Source: Candidatus Poribacteria bacterium
Lineage (GTDB): Bacteria; Poribacteria; WGA-4E; WGA-3G
Length of the DNA stretch: 64,000 bases
Reading direction: 5' to 3'
Assembly: GCA_022821495.1 (NCBI GenBank)
Contig: JAJEDN010000118.1
Coordinates: forward strand, 33,945 to 97,944
In this document: positions 1 through 9,383 of the stretch, in pieces
Layout of the letters: every line of letters starts with the position of its first letter
How positions within the stretch are numbered: position 1 is the stretch's first letter
Notes under the pieces: model-generated
What the model saw: the letters and a program-made list of their open reading frames with translations, nothing else
Database searches by the model: none
Told to the model about the DNA's origin: nothing
Made by a program: the position numbers and the translations under genes

Positions 1-597
1 TCCGGAGAAACTTCCCACCTCAGCGGCGACAGTCAGCGCGGTGCCACCGAACCAGTTAATCAGGTCGGATTTGTGGATACCGTTTTCCAAGAGTCCACCG
101 ACAGTGCCGTACCAACTCTCGGGTCTGCTGCGCGGGGCGTTATAGGGACCCGAGTAGTCAGTTTCAATGTAGGTGATGTCACCGATATCGCCGTTGTCCA
201 CCATCTGCCGACCGAGTTCATGGACAGGATAGAAACGCAGCACCTGCCCGACCATCAGATGCGTCCCTGCCTTATCCGATGCTTCAATCATCGCATCTGC
301 GTCAGCGAGGGTCAAGGAGAGCGGTTTTTCGCAGAAGGCATGCACGCCCGCCTCCGCTGCATCAACGACGACCTGTGTATGTGCAACAGGGGGTGTCGCG
401 ACGACGACAGCGTCCACAACAGCAAATAATTCCTGATAGTCTTGGAAGGCGCGAATCTGAAGCCGCTCTGCAACGGCTTCCGCCGCTTCCAAGCGAAGAT
501 CTGCGACACCTACAAATTCACAATTTTCAACATTCGGGAGGGCGTTGCAATGGCCGTTGCCCATGCCGCCGACTCCAACTACACCGATACGAACCAT
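1..597 (-). CDS. Gfo/Idh/MocA family oxidoreductase (3' end outside window)
   Basis: Not in the ORF track. Manual translation from ATG at 597 gives MVRIGVVGVGGMGNGH...VVATPP...AFCEKPLS...ENGIH, with the Rossmann GxGxxG and EKP motifs. AGGAG RBS lies upstream. Confidence 0.9.
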   Translation of the reverse strand, partial: MVRIGVVGVGGMGNGHCNALPNVENCEFVGVADLRLEAAEAVAERLQIRAFQDYQELFAVVDAVVVATPPVAHTQVVVDAAEAGVHAFCEKPLSLTLADADAMIEASDKAGTHLMVGQVLRFYPVHELGRQMVDNGDIGDITYIETDYSGPYNAPRSRPESWYGTVGGLLENGIHKSDLINWFGGTALTVAAEVGSFSG

Positions 598-610
598 TTT
601 GAATTCTCCT

Positions 611-1381
611 TTATTCCAACGAGGGGTCTGAAAACTGATACACACCCTGCCGATTTACAGAGATCTTCGGCAGTTTCCGAGACTTTTCAAACCAATTATA
701 TCCGATTTTCAGATTTTTCCAAAAGTTTATCAGAGCGTCGTCATTTGGAAAAGTGTTTTGTAAGCGTCCCATTGTCCGATCATCCAATTCTGTTGGAAAA
801 ATGTGCACAGGGATTTTTGCGTGTCCGTTTGATTTCGCTTGAACTGCTAACCAATAGACCTCCTTAATATATTCATTAGTGATTGGCACACAGCCGATCG
901 TAGTACATCCGCCGTGTATAAATATATCCCCTCCAAGTTCGCCTTTTTTGCCCAAAATCTTATCCGCCTGGTTTGGATAATTAATCCCAAGTGATAGGTA
1001 AAATTTGCTTTCGGGATTAAATCTATCGATATAATAAAAACCCTCTGGAATTTGCAAGTCGCCCTCGCGTTTTTTGGGTCCCAAATTTCCTGACGTGCGG
1101 CAGATCGGATAGTGTTTCACGAGTTTGAAAACAGCATCGGATGTTGAAAATGCCCAGACTTCCAAAATCTTTTCTTGTTTGAAGACTCGGATAAAGAGTT
1201 TCTGTGGTGGATAGGGGATACCCTGGTCAACAAACAGACTACGAAGTGGACCGTCTTTTTCTTCAAACGCTGCCTGGGTGCGAGGGTGCCTTCGCTGTTT
1301 GTCCGCGAAATTTTGTGGGTCCGTTGGCTGACAAGCACAGATCATCGTAAAAGTGAAGGAAAGGACAATGTGTAGTTTCAT
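611..1381 (-). CDS. L,D-transpeptidase family protein (YafK/DpaA-like), probable lipoprotein
   Basis: GPKKREGDLQIPEGFY, SLGINYPN, and the catalytic IFIHGGCTTIGC (HxxxxxxGC). N-terminal hydrophobic stretch ends in Cys. Confidence 0.85.
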   Translation of the reverse strand: MKLHIVLSFTFTMICACQPTDPQNFADKQRRHPRTQAAFEEKDGPLRSLFVDQGIPYPPQKLFIRVFKQEKILEVWAFSTSDAVFKLVKHYPICRTSGNLGPKKREGDLQIPEGFYYIDRFNPESKFYLSLGINYPNQADKILGKKGELGGDIFIHGGCTTIGCVPITNEYIKEVYWLAVQAKSNGHAKIPVHIFPTELDDRTMGRLQNTFPNDDALINFWKNLKIGYNWFEKSRKLPKISVNRQGVYQFSDPSLE

Positions 1382-1390
1382 AATTAGTTG

Positions 1391-2101
1391 TCAGTTTTCA
1401 GTACGGTTTTTTCGAGTTTTGACGAGCCATATTATAATTGATAATGAAATTAAAATACAGAAACTCCACAATATCAGTTTGGTGTGTGCAGAAATTCTGT
1501 CCCCAAGGTAAGAATAAACCAAGGTGGCTGGCATTTGACCGATGCCAGTGGCAATCCAAAAACCGAGAAACCGCATCCGAGTCGCCCCTGCAAAATAGCT
1601 GACGACATCAAAAGAGATAACCGGAATCAAGCGAGCAATGAGGATGGCGTAAGTGCCATACTTTTCAACGAAATCGTTTGTTTTGTCTACTGCCGGTTGG
1701 CTAACCAGTCGTGTGATCCGTTGAATGCCGAGGTAGCGGGCAATATAGAAGCAGAATGCCGCACCGATCATTGAGCTGCTCCAAGATAGGAGCGATCCCC
1801 ACCAGAAACCAAAAAGTGTGCCGTTTGCAAAGGTAATCAGGAACGCCGGCAGCGGTGCGATCACGCTCTGAAAGATCATGAGAACCGCTGATATAACAGG
1901 CGCGAGTGCACCATAACTTTTGATGTACGCACGTGCCGTTTCAATGCTCTGAAAAGCAGCGGTGAGTTCAAGGAGATACTCCCAAACCCGCTTGTGATAG
2001 ACTCCCAGCAGGATTAAACCCATTAGTATCACAAACAGTAATATAATGTGACGCTTGGTCTGGACGATAGAACGGAGTCTGTCTAATATCTTAGCCTGCA
2101 T
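1391..2101 (-). CDS. TVP38/TMEM64 (VTT/DedA-like) membrane protein
   Basis: APLPAFLITFANGTLFG and RLIPVISFDVVSYFAG motifs; several TM segments. Confidence 0.88.
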   Translation of the reverse strand: MQAKILDRLRSIVQTKRHIILLFVILMGLILLGVYHKRVWEYLLELTAAFQSIETARAYIKSYGALAPVISAVLMIFQSVIAPLPAFLITFANGTLFGFWWGSLLSWSSSMIGAAFCFYIARYLGIQRITRLVSQPAVDKTNDFVEKYGTYAILIARLIPVISFDVVSYFAGATRMRFLGFWIATGIGQMPATLVYSYLGDRISAHTKLILWSFCILISLSIIIWLVKTRKNRTEN

Positions 2102-2134
2102 GTGTGGACGGCAGAACGGAGTCTGTCTACTACT

Positions 2135-3073
2135 TTATATCTCTTTTGCTTGCTGTATCAATGCGCGGTTCATTCGATCTCGAAGTTCCTGTATCTTGTC
2201 ATCTGTCCAACTATAGAAACCTTCTTTAGACTTTACACCGAGTTTTCCGGATTCAACCATTTGTCGGAGGAGCGGATTGATGTCAGCCGAGCTGTTAAGG
2301 TCTTTATAGAGTTCTTCAAAGGCGGCAAGCACGAGGTCCCACCCTGCGAGTTCAAAGACTTCAAAGGGACCGGCGACGCTGAGTCTGCGTCCGAAACTGT
2401 TCCGGACGACGAGATCAACGGTTTCTGCACTGGCGATGCCTTGCTCCACGATAGCGAATGCTTCTCGGATTAAGGCGGCTTGTAACCTCGGTCCGACGAA
2501 ACCGAGTGCCTCTTTCTCAATAACCGCAGGCGTTTTTCCGATTGCTGTTAAGAGTTCAAAAGTCACCGCGACCGTTTCATCGGAGGTATCAGGACTGCGA
2601 ATGAGTTCGACCAAGGGGATCAAGTAGGGCGGATTAAAATAGTGGGTGTTGAGTATCTGATCCTTGCGTTTCGCATTCATACCGATCTGGCTTGGCATCA
2701 ATGCGGTTGTATTGCTCGCTAAGATTGTGTGTGGTGGACAGATCGCATCCAATTCCTCAAATATCTGCTGTTTTAATGCCAAATTCTCGGTGACGGCTTC
2801 GACGACAAAATCGGCGTTTTTGGCGACAGTGGAGAGTTCGGTAGCGGTTTGAACCCGCTGTAGCGTTGGCGCGATATTCTCTTTTTCAATAACAGCATTT
2901 TCAGCGAGTACATTGAGGTTTTTCTCAATCTGGACACGCGCCGTTTCGAGGTGTTCGTCGGTAACATCGTGCATCAGGACGCGGTAGCCTGCACATGCGA
3001 ACTCTTGTGCGATGCCGTGTCCCATCAATCCTGCACCGATAACCGCTATTTGCCTGATTTCGTCAACTGTCAT
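2135..3073 (-). CDS. 3-hydroxyacyl-CoA dehydrogenase family protein
   Basis: IGAGLMGHGIA, VEAVTENL, LASNT, HYFNPP, GFVGPRL. Confidence 0.92.
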   Translation of the reverse strand: MTVDEIRQIAVIGAGLMGHGIAQEFACAGYRVLMHDVTDEHLETARVQIEKNLNVLAENAVIEKENIAPTLQRVQTATELSTVAKNADFVVEAVTENLALKQQIFEELDAICPPHTILASNTTALMPSQIGMNAKRKDQILNTHYFNPPYLIPLVELIRSPDTSDETVAVTFELLTAIGKTPAVIEKEALGFVGPRLQAALIREAFAIVEQGIASAETVDLVVRNSFGRRLSVAGPFEVFELAGWDLVLAAFEELYKDLNSSADINPLLRQMVESGKLGVKSKEGFYSWTDDKIQELRDRMNRALIQQAKEI

Positions 3074-3088
3074 TTTTGCTCCTTTCCA

Positions 3089-3119
3089 GTCCCCCTGATA
3101 AGGGGGATTTAGGGGGTTT
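3089..3119. repeat. CCCCCTAAATCCCCCTTATCAGGGGGAC dispersed hairpin repeat (reverse orientation), overlapping the rsmI stop
   Basis: The same motif occurs at 22061-22177, 53760-53792, 62804-62834 and 63911-64000. Confidence 0.85.
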
Positions 3120-3819
3120 TCGTGTCATCTTTCCTCCTTTTGCCAGCAATAAGAATCGTAAATTCGCCGCGTGGCTCAGTATCTCGGAACCTCTCCAAGG
3201 CTTCAGTGACATTTCCGCGGAATATCTCTTCAAATTTTTTGGTCAACTCTCGTGTTACGACGATGTCGCGCTCACCGATCACTTCACGAACATCTTCAAG
3301 GAAACGGCAGAGCCGGTGCGGTGATTCAAAAAAGATTAACGTTCTCGCCTCATCAGCGAGCGCGCTTAGTTGACGCTTTCTTTTTCCAGATTTTGGTGAG
3401 AGAAACCCTTCAAAGGTAAAGTTATGCAGCGGTAACCCAGACACGGAGGCGGCTGTGATAACGGCTGATGTGCCGGGAATTGGAACAATAGAGATTTCCG
3501 CGTCGATGCACCCACGCAGCAGTGGATACCCTGGATCTGAAATAATAGGCGTGCCAGCATCCGAGACGAGTGCAATTGTTTCACCTGCTTTCATGCGTTC
3601 AATCAGTTTGTCCGCCTTCACTTGCTGGTTACCTTCAAAGTAGCTTGTCAGGGGTGTCTGAATGTTGTAGTGTGTTAGGAGACGGCGTGTTTGACGTGTG
3701 TCTTCAGCGGCGATGAGGTCTACCTCTTTGAGGGTACGGAGGGCGCGCAGGGTAATGTCCTCTAAATTTCCGATCGGTGTACTAACGAGGTAAAGCGTGC
3801 CAGATGGCGTATTTTGCAT
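3109..3819 (-). CDS. rsmI: 16S rRNA C1402 2'-O-methyltransferase
   Basis: GTLYLVSTPIGNLEDITLRAL, AAEDTR, VSDAGTPIISDPG, FESPHR, RELTKKFEE. Start moved to ATG 3819. Confidence 0.96.
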   Translation of the reverse strand: MQNTPSGTLYLVSTPIGNLEDITLRALRTLKEVDLIAAEDTRQTRRLLTHYNIQTPLTSYFEGNQQVKADKLIERMKAGETIALVSDAGTPIISDPGYPLLRGCIDAEISIVPIPGTSAVITAASVSGLPLHNFTFEGFLSPKSGKRKRQLSALADEARTLIFFESPHRLCRFLEDVREVIGERDIVVTRELTKKFEEIFRGNVTEALERFRDTEPRGEFTILIAGKRRKDDTKTP

Positions 3820-3986
3820 TCTTCTAATTTGCCTTGCGGTTCGTTCAGAAAAGCTATAGCAAAAGCGACCTCTTCCGTATATCCAGCCCGCCCGTTGGTT
3901 GGGCTTATACGAATTTTTAACCGACAGCCGGCTCACAGACAACCATTCCCTTGCTATATTGGATGTTTCATGCTAAATTACGGGCA

Positions 3987-4793
3987 ATGAAAGTTACCTA
4001 CACTATCATAAGTCTTCTGTGGTTGATAACACCTATATATGCGCAGACAGAATACCCATTTGAATCGGCGCGTCCGCTCTATGTCGGTGCGCGTGCATTA
4101 GGGATGGGTAATGCCTTCACCGCCGTAGCAGATGATGCCACTGCCGGTTTCTGGAATCCTGCGGGACTCATCCAGTGGCAAGGTGTGAAACTTTTCGGTG
4201 TCAATAAGTTTTATAACCGAGAGGATTATCGGTTCGACCCGAAAGGTGTCGGCTATAGCTACCGGGGTTATAGTCTCTTCTGGGGCAACAAAATCGCTAT
4301 CGGCGTTGACAGTGGTGTTCCCGACTTCAACTACTATGGCATCGCCCGCCAGTTCGGTCCGTATCTCGCTGCAGGATTGAGTCTCAAGTTTAAGCGCAGA
4401 CACCCGTCCGCTATCTACCAATTTTTCGGGTATCAGACGAACTATGATCTCGGTTTGCTTTTCAAGCCGCGCCCAGATCTCAAATTCGGATGCCTTGTAC
4501 AAAACCTTGAAGGTTACAGTATCCAATGGTTGACGCTCGGCACCGCTTACCGCTACACTGACTATCAATTCTCAGTAGATATTGCGTTCCCTACTGACCG
4601 AACAACGCCAGAGTTGTTCATCGGTGCTGAGTGGGATCCGTTTCCTGTTATCCCACTCCGACTCGGCTTCTCAAACGGGTCACTTACAGCGGGGATGGGG
4701 ATCATCTGGAAAAGCATACATATTAGTTACGCGCACATCTTTGAGAAGCACTTCGCATCCGATTTCATTGAATTAGCTATCAGTTTTCAGTAA
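3987..4793 (+). CDS. PorV/FadL-like outer-membrane beta-barrel protein
   Basis: Signal peptide, then GARALGMGNAFTAVADDATAGFWNPAGL, amphipathic strands and a near-terminal Phe. Start ATG 3987. Confidence 0.7.
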   Translation: MKVTYTIISLLWLITPIYAQTEYPFESARPLYVGARALGMGNAFTAVADDATAGFWNPAGLIQWQGVKLFGVNKFYNREDYRFDPKGVGYSYRGYSLFWGNKIAIGVDSGVPDFNYYGIARQFGPYLAAGLSLKFKRRHPSAIYQFFGYQTNYDLGLLFKPRPDLKFGCLVQNLEGYSIQWLTLGTAYRYTDYQFSVDIAFPTDRTTPELFIGAEWDPFPVIPLRLGFSNGSLTAGMGIIWKSIHISYAHIFEKHFASDFIELAISFQ

Positions 4794-4794
4794 A

Positions 4795-6222
4795 CTACTC
4801 ACTCCCCACCTCTTTCCAGTCCAACGCCTCTTGACTCCATTCAAACTGTTGTAATGGACCGAATTTAAGGTTGACTGTTAAACTTTTGGGGGTTGGTGAA
4901 CTGTCAAACAGATTGAAATCCCGGACCACAACGTATGTGTGCTGTCCATCTGTAATCGATTTGCACGCCTCAATGAAGTCATCAAGGTTGCGGATCTGTT
5001 TTCCGTTTATATCGAGGATGACAATCTTAGAGTTGCCGTTTCGTTCTTGGACACCGACCCGTGAAAAACTACTGCCTGCAACGGCATGTGGTAGATAGAC
5101 ACCATCGGCTTCAAGGAAAAGGATACGGCGCAGTTGCGGCGTAATATCGTGAAAGATTGCACCACCAAACCTGACGAAACGACGCACTTTCTTCGCCTCC
5201 AAGTCCTCTACAGGGACATTAATACTCAAATTTTCTCCGTTCCGAAAGATGTCCAAATTGACGCTTTTCCCAACATTCTGATTCAGGAGCGCGTCGAAGG
5301 TGTAGAGGTCATCCTTGATAAGTTCGTTATTGATACGATAGATAATATCGGATGCGCGAAGGTCGGTTTCACCGGTAGTCCTCGGTACAATGGATTCGAT
5401 TTGGATAACCTTGGGTGTCCCGGCTTTGGAGGGGCCAATCTCTTTTCGCAATTCAGCGGGGAAGTTAAAGTGCTTGATAGCTTCACCGATAGAGACGAGT
5501 TCCAAGTCTACACCGATCTCTCCGCGTTGGATGGGGATACTGTTCCGAATCAATTCAAGGGCATCGTAGAGGTAATCGATTGGCAGTTCAAAACTGGAGG
5601 TATCTGTGCCGCGTGCGTGAATCCCGATCACTTGACCAGCAGTATTCCAGACAGGGCTTCCGCTGGAGCCGCCTGTCCGGTCAAACGTGGTGTGAATGTA
5701 ACTGGAGTGCCGATCCCCTTTGTTAACATTAAGGTTCGTAATTCTTCCGAATTTGATCGTATATTCCTCTTTCTCGTTGTTACCGATAAGCAAGAGTTCA
5801 TCCCCAAGCGCGAGCGAGTCCCATTCGCCGAGTTCAACGGCTTGGAGTTCAAATTCGACCTCGGCAGGATCAATCTGATAAAACCCGAAGTCGTGCGTAG
5901 GATCGTAGTAAAGAATCTGTGCTTCCGTGAAACTACCGTCGTGGAAGTTAATTTTGACGTAAGAAGGGCTGCTGCCGGTGACGTGACGGTTCGTAGCGAT
6001 AATACCACGTTCTGCATCAACAACGAAACCGGTGGCAAAATTTGTGCCTTTCACTTCAGTTTCAAAGACGACTTCCGAGGAGGTTTCAACATTGACCACC
6101 ATCGGTTTGTAAGCGGCAATCTGTTCTGTCCAGTCATGTTCGGCATTGGCGTTTGCGAGGAAAATAAAAACGGCAAGAACCGTGAAAACTATACTATTTG
6201 TGCGTTCAAAACTCTGTTTCAT
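4795..6222 (-). CDS. Trypsin-like serine protease with PDZ domain(s), HtrA superfamily, Nma111/DEG7-like
   Basis: Triad motifs TNRHV, DPTHDFGF and GGSSGSPV; signal peptide; PDZ-like C-terminal half. Confidence 0.88.
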   Translation of the reverse strand: MKQSFERTNSIVFTVLAVFIFLANANAEHDWTEQIAAYKPMVVNVETSSEVVFETEVKGTNFATGFVVDAERGIIATNRHVTGSSPSYVKINFHDGSFTEAQILYYDPTHDFGFYQIDPAEVEFELQAVELGEWDSLALGDELLLIGNNEKEEYTIKFGRITNLNVNKGDRHSSYIHTTFDRTGGSSGSPVWNTAGQVIGIHARGTDTSSFELPIDYLYDALELIRNSIPIQRGEIGVDLELVSIGEAIKHFNFPAELRKEIGPSKAGTPKVIQIESIVPRTTGETDLRASDIIYRINNELIKDDLYTFDALLNQNVGKSVNLDIFRNGENLSINVPVEDLEAKKVRRFVRFGGAIFHDITPQLRRILFLEADGVYLPHAVAGSSFSRVGVQERNGNSKIVILDINGKQIRNLDDFIEACKSITDGQHTYVVVRDFNLFDSSPTPKSLTVNLKFGPLQQFEWSQEALDWKEVGSE

Positions 6223-6261
6223 AATGTATCCTTTTTGATTGGATTTTTTAAATTTTTTAAG

Positions 6262-6290
6262 AGTTTAGCACAGCGATTTCAGGATGTCAA
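6262..6290 (-). promoter_or_regulatory. sigma70-type promoter for the protease gene
   Basis: Minus strand TTGACA-N17-TAAACT with TG extended -10. Confidence 0.6.
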
Positions 6291-6324
6291 ATGTTTTTTG
6301 GAAACCCAAAATCAAATGCTTACC

Positions 6325-6353
6325 TTGACGAGACCGCTCAAACGTGGTATATT
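6325..6353 (+). promoter_or_regulatory. sigma70-type promoter for the acetamidase gene (divergent)
   Basis: TTGACG-N17-TATATT. Confidence 0.55.
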
Positions 6354-6403
6354 GTTCACAAAACTGCCCAGTCACCTTGAAACGCAGGAGAGGAATTTTA
6401 AAA

Positions 6404-7330
6404 ATGGCGACACATCACTTTGAACCGACAGTCTATTATACAGCAATCGGGGCACACGAACCGGTGCTGCATATTGAGAGTGGCGACACTGTTTTTACGA
6501 CCACTGTGGATAATGCAGGATACGATGCCAATGATGTACAGGTAACCGAGAGGGGGAACCCACAGACGGGTCCCTTTTATATCGAATCGGCGGAACCGGG
6601 AGATACGCTATCCGTTCATTTTGATCGGATCGTTCCGAATCGCTCTATTGGCCGGACGGCTATGACTGTTGCCGCCAATGTTCTTGATCCGAACTATGTC
6701 GCGTCCGAGATGCCGGAAGGTGATCGTGGTCTCGCTGAGTGGCATGTGGATGTGGAGCAGTGGACAGCGACGTTGATGACCCCTGAGACGCAGTTGGGTA
6801 AACTCACGCTCCCGCTTGAACCGATGGTCGGATGTTTCGGTGTTGCACCACCCCGTGGGCAAGCGATCTCGACAGCGACCTCCTCTACACACGGCGGTAA
6901 TATGGACTATCGCGGTTTTAAGGAAGGTGTTACCGTCTACTTTCCTGTCTTTGTTCCCGGCGCGCTCTTTTTTCTCGGTGATGGGCACGCCGTACAGGGT
7001 GATGGCGAAATCGTCGGCACTGGCATTGAAATCTCTTTTGATGTGCAGTTTACAGTTGAAGTGCTGAAAGGCAAGAGCATCAACTGGCCCCGTGCGGAAA
7101 ACAATGACTATATCCTGACCGCAGGCAATGCGCGCCCGTTAGATCAGGCGGTGCAACACGCAACGACGGAGCTGCTTCGATGGTTGGATGAACTCGGTTT
7201 GGAGAAACGCGCAGCGCATACCTTGTTAGGACAAGCCGTAGAGTATGACATGGGTAACGTGTTCGATCCGGCGTATACGATGGTCTGTAAAATCAAAAAG
7301 TCGATACTGCGCGATATTGGGATTATGTAA
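6404..7330 (+). CDS. Acetamidase/formamidase family protein
   Basis: NPQTGPFYIESAEPGD, HGGNMD, GDGHAVQGDGE. Start ATG 6404 follows a GAGG RBS. Confidence 0.92.
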   Translation: MATHHFEPTVYYTAIGAHEPVLHIESGDTVFTTTVDNAGYDANDVQVTERGNPQTGPFYIESAEPGDTLSVHFDRIVPNRSIGRTAMTVAANVLDPNYVASEMPEGDRGLAEWHVDVEQWTATLMTPETQLGKLTLPLEPMVGCFGVAPPRGQAISTATSSTHGGNMDYRGFKEGVTVYFPVFVPGALFFLGDGHAVQGDGEIVGTGIEISFDVQFTVEVLKGKSINWPRAENNDYILTAGNARPLDQAVQHATTELLRWLDELGLEKRAAHTLLGQAVEYDMGNVFDPAYTMVCKIKKSILRDIGIM

Positions 7331-7355
7331 TGTGTTTGGCGGGATGTTTATCTGA

Positions 7356-7898
7356 CTAAAGAAGCTTAGCGTTCGCAGTGAGAATAGGTATTTCCTGAGT
7401 CTTGAAATCGCCATCGTTTGTTATTAGCGTGAATCCGTTGTTTTTGCAGATTTCTGTTATGACTTGATCATTGAAGTCGAAATCTCCGGTGGCGTAATCA
7501 TTGAGCAGATTGTCCATACCAAGCGTTGCAAAGCCGCTTTCAATCCGCGTGCAATGGTTCAAAACAAGCTTAACATCAGCGGCAATATTTTCAGCGACTG
7601 TCTTAAAATCTGAACTGCTGCGAAAAGTTTTGAAGGTATTCGGATAGGACGAGGCATCTCTCCATTTCAACCTGGCGTAAGCATTAATAAATTCTGAAAC
7701 AACAAGCACATCAATATAAATTCGGCTTTTTGCTCTCACCATACGGTTAAAGACGCTTGCGTAGATAGGTCTCCAATAAGATCTCGGTTTCGGTGGACCG
7801 TACAGATATAACCAGATATTAGCATCCAGAAACAGTTTGTCTTGTGCGGTGAAGTTATAATGACGGATCTCGCCTGTTTTATACCTCATCGTCGTCAT
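7356..7898 (-). CDS. PIN domain ribonuclease
   Basis: LFLDANIW...VVSEF...DFNDQVI...LITNDGDF acidic PIN motifs. Confidence 0.85.
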   Translation of the reverse strand: MTTMRYKTGEIRHYNFTAQDKLFLDANIWLYLYGPPKPRSYWRPIYASVFNRMVRAKSRIYIDVLVVSEFINAYARLKWRDASSYPNTFKTFRSSSDFKTVAENIAADVKLVLNHCTRIESGFATLGMDNLLNDYATGDFDFNDQVITEICKNNGFTLITNDGDFKTQEIPILTANAKLL

Positions 7899-8244
7899 CC
7901 CCTAAGACCTCTTGAAATATTTGATTGTATCTTTGGGGGTTTTTAAAATATAGTTTGACATCGCGAACGACGCGTTCCAGAAAAGCAAGGTGGTCTGGTG
8001 CTATATCTTCCACTTTCAATAGAGACCGAATTTCTTCTTCACTGAATGTTCCGTACAATTCACCGATCGCGGCGGTGAGGAAAGGCGTTGTTAATGCCGT
8101 AATATTGTGAAATGAGAGGACGACCTCTTGATTCGCTCTCAGCGCAGCGTCAAGGTGTTTATGAACTTTTTGCCCATCATCGGTAGCGACACAAAAAGGG
8201 CTGCCCACGACTTCAAACATGGATATTTGAATGTTTTTTGACAT
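7879..8244 (-). CDS. STAS-like domain protein (DUF4325-like)
   Basis: CVATDDGQKV...VVLSFHNITALTTPFLTAAIGELY pattern; overlaps the PIN gene. Confidence 0.75.
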   Translation of the reverse strand: MSKNIQISMFEVVGSPFCVATDDGQKVHKHLDAALRANQEVVLSFHNITALTTPFLTAAIGELYGTFSEEEIRSLLKVEDIAPDHLAFLERVVRDVKLYFKNPQRYNQIFQEVLGDDDDEV

Positions 8245-8294
8245 GAGTATCTCCTTAAAAAAATGACGCTGAGTGCGAGATTAACTGCTCTGAT

Positions 8295-8323
8295 ATTATA
8301 AGACAGAAATCCCTTAAATTCAA
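8295..8323 (-). promoter_or_regulatory. sigma70-type promoter for the STAS-PIN pair
   Basis: Minus strand TTGAAT-N17-TATAAT. Confidence 0.55.
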
Positions 8324-8386
8324 GTGCGCAAACGATGTTCAGTCAATCTCTTAACATCAAGTCCGCCTGCAGGAAGATAGCCTATC

Positions 8387-9229
8387 CTACTTCTCTTTAT
8401 TCATATCCAATTCCGCCATAGACCTCAGATTCAATAACGGGGTCATCACACCACCGGCAGCGGGGAGAACTACGCCGGTATCGTATAGCTTCATCGCAGA
8501 AATGGTGGCGTGTGCGACATCTTCAGGGGCACCCGCACGGACCATAAAGATATAGCCTTTCTCTGCTGCCTCTTCATAATCGGGAATACGGACGCGTGAG
8601 AGATCTGTATCAATCACACCGGCAGCGATGCCGTTCACTTTGATGCCGTGCTGCGCCAAGCGTCCGGCGTAGGCGCGCATGCTCATCTCTAACCCTGCTT
8701 TCGAGATACAGTAGGCGGTGCGGTTGTCGGATGCCACTGTATCGGAAATCGAGAGGGTGTAGATGATGCATCCTCTGACCTCGTTGGCTACCATGTAGTT
8801 TGCGACGCGTTGCGTGAGGAAGTGGGTCGCCTTGAGGTTGGTATTGACAATCAGATCGAACTGTTCGGGGGTTTCCTCAAGAATATCAGCAATACGGGTG
8901 ATACCGGCGTTGTTGATGAGGATGTCCACCTTCCCAAAGGCATCGTGTGCGGTGTCGAGCAGTCTTTCGTGTGAATCGAGGTCGCTGATGTCGGCTTGGA
9001 TGATAACCGCTTTTCTACCAAGTGCCTCCACCGCTTGCTGCACGGATTCGGCAGCACCTCGGTTTTGGTTGTAGTTGATAAGCACGTCAGCACCTTGGCG
9101 CGCTAATTCAATAGCAATTGCGCGTCCAATGCCGCGACTCGAACCGGTTACAATTGCGGATTTGTCTGTGAATGAAACGTCTGTTGCGAAAAATCCAATA
9201 TCCATATCTGTTGGCATGTTTTTCTCCAT
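8387..9229 (-). CDS. Short-chain dehydrogenase/reductase (SDR)
   Basis: TGSSRGIG, NNAG and YCISK motifs. Confidence 0.93.
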   Translation of the reverse strand: MEKNMPTDMDIGFFATDVSFTDKSAIVTGSSRGIGRAIAIELARQGADVLINYNQNRGAAESVQQAVEALGRKAVIIQADISDLDSHERLLDTAHDAFGKVDILINNAGITRIADILEETPEQFDLIVNTNLKATHFLTQRVANYMVANEVRGCIIYTLSISDTVASDNRTAYCISKAGLEMSMRAYAGRLAQHGIKVNGIAAGVIDTDLSRVRIPDYEEAAEKGYIFMVRAGAPEDVAHATISAMKLYDTGVVLPAAGGVMTPLLNLRSMAELDMNKEK

Positions 9230-9235
9230 TTTTAT

Positions 9236-9380
9236 TTGTTGTTAGTTGTTAGTTCTCGGTTTTCGGTTAACAACTTGTGGCTGGAATGTTGGCTAACACT
9301 GCCACACCCCTCTTTAACTCTCACTGCGAGGCAAACCGAAAGGTTTTTCGGAGAAAAACCGGACTGATAACTGACAACCA
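9236..9380. repeat. Heptamer-flanked intergenic element with GGTTTTTC-NNN-GAAAAACC hairpin
   Basis: GTTGTTA and ACTGAYA heptamers; related copies at 11630-11836 and 23229-23336. Confidence 0.7.
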
Positions 9381-9383
9381 TTT

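Noticed and set aside
73-867. Plus-strand ORFs at the window start
   Set aside because: Antisense to the minus-strand Gfo/Idh/MocA and L,D-transpeptidase genes.
5134-6423. 429-aa plus-strand ORF
   Set aside because: Antisense shadow of the serine protease gene, with no recognisable motifs.
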